A DNA stretch of 15,105 nucleotides from Eledone cirrhosa (taxonomy: Eukaryota). The stretch covers positions 1 to 15,105 of the forward strand of contig CAXHJY010000958.1 of NCBI GenBank assembly GCA_964016885.1. The letters run 5' to 3'. Positions 1-11,475 of the stretch are shown here, one piece after another. A program made the translations under genes and the position numbers. How positions within the stretch are numbered: the first letter of the stretch is position 1; each line of letters opens with the position of its first letter. Below the pieces are notes generated by a model, which worked only from the letters and a program-made list of their open reading frames with translations, was not told the origin of the DNA and ran no database searches.

Positions 1-737
1 ATGCTCAGTCACTATACTTTATTTCATAAGAAGGCTCTTCCATTGGTGAAAAACTAAAACATGTATCATCAAAACCACGGATGTTTATTCTATTCCATTC
101 CAACATAATTGTAACCGATCAGTCACTGCAAGATTGGTAGAGAAAATTTATGTAATTAAAAGCAAGAATTAAAGAACGATTCCAAGCAAAGATATTCTCA
201 TCTCATTTCATCTCATCTCGTGTACAAAATTAACAAATTAAGCAAATACGTTTGATAGCCTCAAAGAGATATAGCGTAAATTTTACTGAGTAATTAATTT
301 TTATTTTTAAAGCAAGAGTTATGTCTCCTTAGGCTGATAAAAGACACAGAGCTTTGCGCCGATAGTCGAGACAAATTGAGATCGTTTAAAGCCTAAAATA
401 GTTTCTAATGTCTGGCAATTGCTGTGTTTTTGTTGACGTTTATTTTACTTTGTTTGTCTGTTTCTCTTTTTTTCCTCATTCGGATAATTGTATACTGGAA
501 ATAAAATCTGATTTAATAGTTCCTGATTGATCCATATTTCATATTATTAAAACTAATTCGAGACGAAAAGCGAGAAATCGAAAACAATAACAAAGAAGGC
601 AAAAGAAAAAAAAAGAAATTTACAAAAAAACACTCAAAACAATGAATGAAAAATGAAAAGCAAACAATTTGTTTCTCCCAAGGAATTGTTAAAATCGATA
701 TAATTATTGATATGACTAAGATAGGCAATCAAACACG

Positions 738-2420
<1,683 letters not shown>

Positions 2421-2980
2421 CAAAGTGTACACAAAGAAAGACACACAGACGTATGTGCACAGACGTAAAGGACAGACGTCTTGATAACCTCACATAACAG
2501 CTAAATATATTTCATATATTTAGACTTGTAGTACATATAGACATACACACAAACAGACACACAAACGCACAAACACACGTATATGTGTGTGTATATATAT
2601 ATAGAGAGAGAGAAAGTGGAGAGATATAACATTATATATAAATATATGTATATGTTCATTTCACGGTCACACTCCCTATATCTTCAAACACACACAGACA
2701 CACAGACATATACACGTTGTCTATGTAAGAATATTTATATAGATTTGTGTGAGCGTATAATTGTAGTAAGCTAAATATATACACTCAGAGTGAGAGAGAG
2801 GGGGGAGAGAGTGAGAGAGACAGATTCATTATTAAACGGAGATAAAAAAAAAACTTCATGCGGGCATTGGTGTGAAATTGGATTAATTTAATTAATCATA
2901 TAAATTATTCTTGGCCAAATATACAACTAACTGTTTATCTGTATACGAAGATGCAATTTATGATTTGCAGGGAAGTTGTC

Positions 2981-3032
2981 GAGAATTATGCTGATGAGGT
3001 CTAATAGACAGAAATATGTATATAATTGTCTC
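2981..3032 (+). ncRNA. Minimal type I hammerhead ribozyme motif (Penelope/retrozyme-type), one core-adjacent mismatch
   Basis: Stem I AATTATG (2984-2990) pairs with TATAATT (3021-3027); CTGATGA 2991-2997; stem II GTCT/AGAC (2999-3002/3006-3009); GAAA 3011-3014; minimal stem III A3014-U3019 with loop TATG; GUA triplet 3018-3020. The G10.1-C11.1 pair is G2998/A3010 (mismatch). Confidence 0.55.
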
Positions 3033-3384
3033 TTGCCTTAAACATATAATAGATTGTCTTTTATGAGACATGCGAAGTAATACGAGTAATTTCGTTTTAA
3101 TTTCGTGAAATTAAAATTTTCTCTACTTGAGATTCGCAAGCAATTACCACTTGGCAAACGTTTTCTGTATTTTAATGAGAAAGGAATTAAGGATTCATTG
3201 CAGACTACCTTATAAGTACACACACACACATATATATATATACCTATATACATATATATATATATATAATTGATGTCTGCTCGGTACATTTTATCGCTAC
3301 CGAAAGATTCGAAACATGCCCTTCTATAGGATTTAAATATTTTTTATGACCTAAGTTGAATCTGCTTTTCAATGGGGTTTTTCT

Positions 3385-3590
3385 TCAAAATATTTTTTCT
3401 ATTTCTTATTTTTCTTATTCTTCTCCATCTTTCCATATCTTTTATTTTTTTTCTCTCTTCTGCTGAATCACTGGAACCGAAACGTTAAGCATATTTTCCT
3501 ATTGTACCAAGTGTTAAACAAATATATATTCACGTTATACCCTATCGTTTGTACACAGTCGTATCATTTTCATGTTTATTTGTATCATAT
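3385..3590 (+). mobile_element. Highly decayed interspersed repeat with a hammerhead-like core remnant (possibly Penelope-derived)
   Basis: Pyrimidine-rich tract followed by CTGCTGA (3460-3466)...CGAAACGTTAAGC (3478-3490), resembling a recalled CTGACGAAGAGC..GCTCGAAACGTTAA repeat motif. Stem II does not pair; boundaries are approximate. Confidence 0.25.
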
Positions 3591-4496
3591 TTTTGTCATT
3601 GTTAATGTTGTTTTATTGTGGTTGTAGTTGTTATTCTAATCCCAATTAAGAAAACAACTAACTTGTCCCTTACAGATAAATCTATGGACTCAAGACTTTG
3701 TGTTTTTGCCACGAATACTATTTCTGAATATCATTTTGGCTCTCAGAATCTATTTTGATCACGTATTAAAATATATATCGTTTAGTTTAGTTTTAATCCG
3801 GTCAAACTATACGCATAACCATCTATATTTTCGTCCCAGCATAAAATAGGTAAAAAAAAGGATTCTTTATATTTATAATAGACTTAAATTGAAGATTTCA
3901 GTGATCAAGTATTTTATAAAGAAAAACTACATGTGTTGGCAGGGCGACAATTTATTCAAATTAAGAAGAAAGAATACCGACAATAAAAATAAAATCCCAG
4001 ATATTCACAAAAAAAACATAAGAATATATAAGCTAAATATTTCTTTAATATTCTTTTATATTTCTGTTGTAAACCAAATAATCTGAGCCAAATAAACACA
4101 TTATCTTGTAGCGAGGTGATTATTTCCAAGAACATTTAAAAAGAACTCAATATTCAGTTAAATGTTTAAAGGGTTGGATCCATAAAACTCCGAAACATAT
4201 TATATAGTTTTATATAGATACAATAATAAAACAAACAACATATATTTTAAAATATATATAAAAGTTTCTCTTTTATAAAAGAAAATATTTCGGAGCTGTA
4301 AACAGAAAAATAAGATTTTCAGTGAATATTAATATTCATTTTTCATATTGAAAAATAAGAATAGGTAAAATGAAAATAGAATTTTGTGAGTTAGACGCTC
4401 CATACAGTTGGTGCAATAATATATGATTGATGATTCCCTGTATATGGAGAATTGATATAAATTTATATACCTTCCTACATACAGATACAAGTATTC

Positions 4497-4499
<3 letters not shown>

Positions 4500-4527
<28 letters not shown>

Positions 4528-4734
4528 GATATAGATAGAGAGAGAGAGAGAGGCATACACTCATATATATTTGGGTTTGTGTGTGTATATGTATTTATTT
4601 GTGTGTATATGTATTTATTTGTATGTATATATATATATATATGTGCGTGTGTGTATATATATATATATATATATGTGTGTATATATATATGTGTGTATAT
4701 ATATATATGTGTGTGTGTGTATATCTATATATAT

Positions 4735-4772
<38 letters not shown>

Positions 4773-4840
4773 CTTTCTATATATGTGTGTGTCTATATAT
4801 ATATACATATATATATATACATACATATACATAACATACA
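4500..4840. repeat. Compound (TA)n/(GA)n/(TG)n microsatellite
   Basis: Directly visible dinucleotide runs. Confidence 0.95.
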
Positions 4841-5274
4841 TGCACATAAATCTATATAGTTTCAAATACGGCTTCAAACAGTGGTAGAAGGAAAGGGATT
4901 TGTTTCAAATGAAATTCCTCAATAGATAAGTACCAAACTAATTGATACCCAGTGATTAGAAGTGAAGCAAGTTAATTGTTTAAGTCTAAATGAAGGGATT
5001 AGAATCCAAAAGAATTGGTATATGGAAGCACTGATCGCATAAAACGCAACTACAAAGAACCATTGAAAAGTTTGGTCTTTTGAAGTATTCATCAGAACTG
5101 AAGAAATGGAGCTTTGAAAATATTCCATCGTTTCCTGTTCACTATTAACTCTGTGAATGTAAAAGTGAAAACAACGAACCGGAACCGGATACACATAAAA
5201 TCAGGATTTTCTCTGGTCGACAAACCATGTATCAACAATTAGATGTTCTGATCTACTCTATGATAGCTTGCCTT

Positions 5275-5395
5275 TAAACATTTCTTTCTTCTACCAATTT
5301 CCCACAAAAGGTTGGCTCAGAGCTATAGTTAATGTCACGTGACCAAGATACCAGGCAATGGATTCGAAACTTGGACTTTGTGATTATGAATCTAA
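5275..5395 (-). mobile_element. Degenerate tRNA-derived SINE fragment
   Basis: Minus-strand B-box-like GTTTCGAATCC (5360-5370); the flanking CTACCAA..GCTATAGT..CCAAG pattern resembles a recalled octopus SINE consensus. Confidence 0.4.
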
Positions 5396-5845
5396 CACAT
5401 ACATGCGCGCACACGCACACGCGCACGCGCACGCAAACGCACATACACAGAGAGATAGATAGATATATAGGTGTGTGTAACGTGTAACCACCAAGGTGTG
5501 CCCAGCCAATAAATATATATTAACCAATATCTGACAAAATGTCTTTGGGCCTTAATAGTACATAAGAAAATATTTCTTGCACTTGAATCTTGCGTATAGC
5601 CTTTTTTGTTTCCTTTCTTCTTGAACACTTTCTTCTTCCCCTTCGTCCCCTCCTTCCTCCCCTCCTACCACCACAGATAATACTCTACATTGTGTAGTGT
5701 TAAATTTCTCAATTCAAAATGTTCAAAACTTCATCACAGGAAGTTACTTTAGATATTAAAATATTTCTCTTCTTTTGAATCACAATTTTTTTAATATTTG
5801 GTTTCTAGTGAATTATTTGAAATATACGCGTGTGTGTATGTGTGA

Positions 5846-5882
<37 letters not shown>

Positions 5883-5974
5883 TATTCTATACAAATGTGT
5901 ATATATATATACACATATATATGATATTCTCTCTCTATCTATATATCTGCGTTGATATATATATATATATATAT

Positions 5975-6096
5975 ATAGGAAAATGTATTACCCCGACGGC
6001 AGAGCTCAAGCCGTTTCGACGGCTATTTCTGTCCAGAAATAGCCGTCAAAACGGCTTGAGCTCTGCCGTCGGGCTCATACATATACATTTTCCTAT
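5975..6096. repeat. Long near-perfect inverted repeat (foldback)
   Basis: 40-bp arms 5992-6031 and 6034-6073 (one mismatch, C6017/A6048; 2-nt spacer TC), plus perfect 14-bp outer arms ATAGGAAAATGTAT (5975-5988) / ATACATTTTCCTAT (6083-6096). Confidence 0.97.
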
Positions 6097-6171
6097 TACC
6101 CCTCTACTATCCTAAGTATTGAGTACTCTGCTGCGTTATGGTTCATCTGGTTCCTTACCACAACTCCTTCG

Positions 6172-6172
<1 letters not shown>
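5978..6172. mobile_element. ~195 bp insertion in a (TA)n tract; candidate inverted Penelope-like pLTR fragment or MITE
   Basis: GC-richer island bounded on both sides by pure TA runs (5955-5977, 6173-6225); contains the foldback and hammerhead half-motifs. Confidence 0.45.
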
Positions 6173-6227
<55 letters not shown>

Positions 6228-6631
6228 TCAACACAGATGCACGCTCCCTAAGGTTTGAAAGCCTACTCTAGCAGAGATATTAGAGAAAGTACATCTGCTA
6301 GTGTTCCTTACGTGAAATATAAGCAACATAAGCAGACATAGTCTTAATGACTTGAGCAAGAGTAGGATTTGAACGTTGAGTAGAATGTAGCTGTGTTGAG
6401 TATGTATTTATACTGAGATAGTTTAGTTCTGTACTTGACACAGAGGTCTCTTTTTCTTATATCCAGTGAACGGAAACTTTTGACACTCCCTCACACACAC
6501 ACATTATGTACATATATATTCCCTACATACAGGTATTGATGAATACATACATACATACATACATACATACATGGTGGCTGCCAACTCGTTTTCGAGTACG
6601 GCCACTACTTTATATCCATGTAGGAGAACCC

Positions 6632-6706
6632 CTACCGATGTGCTGAACGAGTGTGACTTTTTAGTCCAGCCAGCGACTTTAAAACTCTGGTACAAACACT
6701 ACACAT
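6632..6706 (-). pseudogene. C2H2 zinc-finger remnant of an RTE ORF C-terminus
   Basis: Manual translation MCSVCTRVLKSLAGLKSHTRSAHR* (C-x2-C-x12-H-x4-H), in a frame absent from the ORF track; matches the CxxCxRxxxSxxGLxSHxRxH pattern typical of RTE C-termini. Confidence 0.7.
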
Positions 6707-7098
6707 GTGACAATTATTGACACATAGTGCTGGGCCCATGGTACCATGTGACGACAAGTGCAGATATATCTCCAGATATAAAGCAATGCCTGTGCCGTGA
6801 AGCTTTTATAGTGAGCAAAGGCACTGCACAAAGCCAGTCCCACTCTCTTAACCAAGATGATATTTACCAAAAAGAAGAACAAGTCAACATCATTGGATAC
6901 CATCAGGGTTGCAGGTGTTATATCAGAGTTTTCCTTCTCCTAGAATTCTGCCTTGACAAAGGCTAAGGGATCATCTCACCCGGTGATTTTGGATGGCCAT
7001 TGACTCTTAAGAGCTCCTTTGCCCTTTGACAGGTTTTGTTTTTAGTCCTGCAGGATATCCAAAGTCACCCTCCTCACCAAGAATCCTTGGTGGGGTTG

Positions 7099-7176
7099 CC
7101 AGTTTAGTCGCCAACGACCCGACCATGAGACAGGTTGTACTGGGATACATGTTACCAGTAACACAAGCTGGTGACC
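7099..7176 (-). ncRNA. Possible decayed HDV-like ribozyme at the RTE 5' end
   Basis: Minus strand: P2 CCAGU (7139-7143)/ACUGG (7099-7103); L3-like ACCUGUCU with CC able to pair GG; P4 UCG-UUGG-CGA; J4/2 CUAA. P3 (ACA/CAU) and P1 are broken or weak. Confidence 0.3.
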
Positions 7177-7180
7177 TGAC

Positions 7181-8594
7181 ATAACATACATATATACATA
7201 CATACATATACACATATATATATACACATATATATACACATATATACATATATACATATATATACACATATATTACATACATATACACATACATACACAT
7301 ATATATACACACATATATATATTCACATATATATATACACATATATATATACACATATATATATACACATATATATATACACACATATATATATACACAT
7401 ATATATATACACACATATATATACACACATATATATACACACATATATATATACACATATATATATATACACATATATATATATATACACACATATATAT
7501 ATATACACACATATATATATATATACACATATATATATATACACACATATATATATACACACATGTATATATATACACACATATATATATATACACACAT
7601 ATATATATATACACACATATATATATATACACACATATATATATATACACACATATATATATATACACACATATATATATATACACACATATATATATAT
7701 ATATATACACACATATATATATATATATATACACATATATACACATATATACACATATATATATACACATATATATATACACATATATATATACACATAT
7801 ATATATACACATATATATATACACACATATATATACACACATATATATACACACATATATATATACACATATATATATATACACATATATATATATACAC
7901 ATACATATATGTACACATATATATATACACATATATATATACACATATATATATACACATATATATACACATATATATATATATACACACATATATATAT
8001 ACACATATACATATACATATATATATACATATACACATATATATACATATACACATATATATATATATACATATACACATATATATACATATACACATAT
8101 ATATATATACATATACACATATATATATATATACAAATACACATATATATATATATACATATACACATATATATATATATATACATATACACATATATAT
8201 ATATACATATACACATATATATATATATATACATATACACATATATATATATATATACATATACACATATATATATATACATATACACATATATATATAT
8301 ATATACATATACACATATATATATATATATACATATACACATATATATATATATATATACATATACACATATATATATATACATATACACACATATATAT
8401 ATATACATATACACATATATACATATACATATACACATATATACATATACATATACACATATATACATATACATATACACATATATACATATACACATAT
8501 ATACATATACATATATATACACACATATATACATATACATATACACATATATACATATACATATACACATATACATATATACATATGTATATAC

Positions 8595-8647
<53 letters not shown>
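7181..8647. repeat. Long compound (TA)n/(CA)n microsatellite
   Basis: About 1.45 kb of TA runs punctuated by CAC/CACAC and later CATATACAC units, ending in pure (TA)n. Confidence 0.97.
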
Positions 8648-8650
<3 letters not shown>

Positions 8651-8954
8651 CTGCATTATTAATAATGTTCAGTTTGAGGAAATTTTGTCTTTTCGTCTGC
8701 TGTCTTTTATTACACAAGGAAATCTGTAGTTGGCATCAAAAACATTATGTTAATAAGTAGGAGGGTATTCAGAAATAGCAAGTACCAGGAAATATGAACT
8801 TACAAAGCAAGTAAAATGCCAAAACATTTTTAGCTATCGAATTTATGTCGAATTGAATACAAAAAACAAAACAAACTATTGATTTCCTACAATAACGACA
8901 GCAAAATCTAAAAAAACTAAAGATAAAAAGCAAAAGAATAGAAGACAATAAAAG

Positions 8955-8955
<1 letters not shown>

Positions 8956-8999
<44 letters not shown>

Positions 9000-9104
9000 G
9001 TATGTGTATGTATGTACATATATATGTATGATTGCGTGTGCATATATATATATATATATATATATTATGTATGTGTATGTATGTACATATATATGTATGA
9101 TTGC

Positions 9105-9136
<32 letters not shown>

Positions 9137-9175
9137 TATGTATGTGTATGTATGTACATATATATGTATGATTGC

Positions 9176-9212
<37 letters not shown>

Positions 9213-9285
9213 GTATATGTATGTATGTACATATATATGTATATGTGTCTGTGTTTTTGTGACTGTGTATATGTATATATATATA
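8956..9285. repeat. ~70 bp minisatellite built on (TA)n
   Basis: GATTGCGTGTGC at 9030, 9099 and 9170 (periods 69 and 71), each preceded by ATGTATGTGTATGTATGTACATATATATGTAT; partial fourth copy at ~9211. Confidence 0.95.
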
Positions 9286-9431
9286 ATGGGTGGAATATTA
9301 TGTTTTCTGTGTGGTTACATAGAATAGAAAACAGCCAAAAAACAATGACGGCATCAGCTATAACACAAATATTGGCGTTAAAGGACAGCTATATATACGT
9401 GTTTACGGATGGATAGATATACCGATGTCTT

Positions 9432-9770
9432 TATATATATATATATATAAAGATATATATATAAAGATATATATATATATATATATATATAAAGATATAT
9501 ATATATATATATAAAAATATATATATATAAAGATATATAAAAATATATATATATAAAGATATATAAAAATATATATATATAAAGATATATAAAAATATAT
9601 ATATATAAAGATATATAAAAATATATATATATATATAAAGATATATAAAGATATATAAAAATATATATATATAAAGATATATAAAGATATATAAAAATAT
9701 ATATATATATAAAGATATATAAAGATATATAAACATATATATATATATAAAGATATATAAAAATATATAT

Positions 9771-9843
<73 letters not shown>

Positions 9844-9994
9844 AAGATATATATATATATATATATAAAGATATATATATATATATATATATATATAAAG
9901 ATATATATATATATATATATATATAAAGATATATATATATATATATATATATAAAGATATATATATATATGTATAAAGATATATATATATATAA

Positions 9995-10032
<38 letters not shown>

Positions 10033-10042
10033 ATATATATAA

Positions 10043-10086
<44 letters not shown>

Positions 10087-10114
10087 ATATATATATATAA
10101 TATGTGTGTGTGTG
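9432..10114. repeat. (TA)n microsatellite with AAAG/AAAAA interruptions
   Basis: Repeated TATAAAGATATA and TATAAAAATATA units. Confidence 0.96.
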
Positions 10115-10250
10115 TACACAAGAAGAAAAAACAAAGAGCACTGCTACAATATGATAACGACAACAACTAGAACGACAACCATAATAATAATAAGGATTTC
10201 TTTATTTATTTTTATTTTATTTTTTTTATTTATTTAAATAATAATAATAA

Positions 10251-10315
<65 letters not shown>

Positions 10316-10400
10316 AACAGTAGGAAAAATAACAATGGCTGTGGTACTTCCAAACATCAAATTCTATTCACCTTCCGAAACAAAACAGCGTCCTTCCGAA

Positions 10401-10530
10401 TCACCATCACCATGATCACCATCACCATCACCGTCACCATCACCATCACCATCACCATCACCATCATCGTCACCATCACCAACAGCAGCATCACCATAGT
10501 AACCATCGTTGTCATAATTGTTGCCATCAT
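10401..10530. repeat. (CAC/CAT)n trinucleotide repeat
   Basis: Directly visible CACCAT units. Confidence 0.92.
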
Positions 10531-10588
10531 AGCGACACAAATATAAATTAAGTAAAACAACAAAAGCAATAACAACGAAACTAGCACC

Positions 10589-10786
10589 AATAATAATAAT
10601 AATTGTTTATACTTTTGGCACAAGGTCAGCAATTACCCCCAGTGCATTACTGGTACTTTATTTTATCGACCCCGTAAGGATGAAAGGCAAAGTTAACCAT
10701 GGCGGGATTTGAATCAGAACGCAAAGGGCCATAACTCTATGCGTCAAAGCATGGCGTCCGAACCTCTGCCGATACTGCCAATCCCC
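10589..10786 (-). mobile_element. tRNA-derived SINE, copy 1
   Basis: Minus strand: A-box-like TGGCAGTATCGG (~10769-10780), B-box-like TTCAAATCC (10705-10713), central GCCTTTCATCCTTACGGGGTCGATAAAATAAAGTACCAG, and (ATT)n tail at 10589-10603. Confidence 0.88.
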
Positions 10787-10998
10787 ATAATAATGGCTTA
10801 TGATTTAGGCACAAGGACAACATTTTTGGCAGATGGGGAAATCGACCCCAGTGCATTACTGGTATTTTATGTTATCGATCCCGTAACGATGAACATCAAA
10901 GCTAACCTCGGCGGGATTTGAACTCAGAACATAAAAGGACGTAAATAAAACTCCCCAAAACATTTTTGTCTGGCATTCTGTTGATTCTGCCAGTCTCT
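10787..10998 (-). mobile_element. tRNA-derived SINE, copy 2 (tandem with copy 1)
   Basis: A-box-like TGGCAGAATC (10983-10992), B box GTTCAAATCC (10914-10923); shares CCCCAGTGCATTACTGGTA and GGCACAAGG with copy 1; short ATT tail at ~10787-10794. Confidence 0.88.
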
Positions 10999-11198
10999 AA
11001 CAACAACAACACTGATGACAAACAACAACAACGACAACAACAACAACGACAACGACAACACTGACAAACAACAACACTGACAAACAACAACGACAACAAC
11101 AACAACAACGAGAACGACAACAACGAGAACGACGACAACAACGACAATGACAACAAGAACAACAACAACAACACTGATGACAAATAACAACAACAATA
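10999..11198. repeat. (CAA/CGA)n trinucleotide repeat
   Basis: CAA runs with a recurring ACACTGA(TGA)CAAA interruption (four copies). Confidence 0.93.
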
Positions 11199-11280
11199 AA
11201 ATCAGTACAATTATAAACTTTAATATATGTGGAATTTTCTACGACAATCAACAGTGTTGATCAGTATTGTCACCATTTAT

Positions 11281-11472
11281 TTGGTAAAGCGTCGCACAAC
11301 ATGCTTTGTGGCATAGAGTTGCGTCCCATAACGTTCTGAGTTCAAATCCCACCAAAGTTAGATTTGACTTTCATTCTTACAGAGATCGATAAAGTAAGAT
11401 ACCAGTAAAGAACTGCAGTCAATTTAATCGATTTTTTCCTCACCACCAAATTGCTGGTTAAAAGTGGAAACA
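11281..11472 (+). mobile_element. tRNA-derived SINE, copy 3 (opposite orientation)
   Basis: GAGTTCAAATCCC B box (11338-11350), CTTTCATTCTTACAGAGATCGATAAAGTAAGATACCAG core and AAATTGCTGG 3' part; GCATAGAGTT (11311-11320) is the reverse complement of AACTCTATGC in copy 1. Confidence 0.82.
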
Positions 11473-11475
11473 AGC

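Larger units (their letters stand above)
6543..7180 (-). mobile_element. Non-autonomous, internally deleted RTE-clade retroelement (5' UTR joined to ORF C-terminus and 3' tail)
   Basis: Minus strand: RTE 5'-UTR-like CTAGGAGAAGGAAAACTCTG (6924-6943, recalled motif), C-terminal C2H2 remnant at 6632-6706, short 3' UTR and (ATGT)n tail at 6543-6572. No RT or endonuclease sequence is seen. Confidence 0.72.

Noticed and set aside
329-396. Hammerhead-like TTAGG-CTGATAA...GAC/GTC-GAGAC...CCTAA
   Set aside because: There are two core substitutions, and stem I is out of register with any cleavage triplet; not distinguishable from chance.
4188-4295. Inverted 8-mers CTCCGAAA/TTTCGGAG about 100 bp apart (MITE-like)
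   Set aside because: The arms are short, there is no clear target-site duplication, and the interior is low-complexity.
5065-5100. Minus-strand CTGATGA...GACCAAAC as a hammerhead
   Set aside because: No GAAA, no paired stem II and no stem I.
6365-6374. Isolated B-box-like GGATTTGAAC
   Set aside because: Possibly an ancient SINE remnant, but the flanks give too little support to delimit an element.
8998-9245. CRISPR-like repeat/spacer periodicity
   Set aside because: The spacers are just (TA)n, the context is eukaryotic, and there are no cas genes.
10709-10921. 70-aa ORF with normal-looking composition
   Set aside because: It lies entirely within antisense SINE copies and has a non-ATG start.
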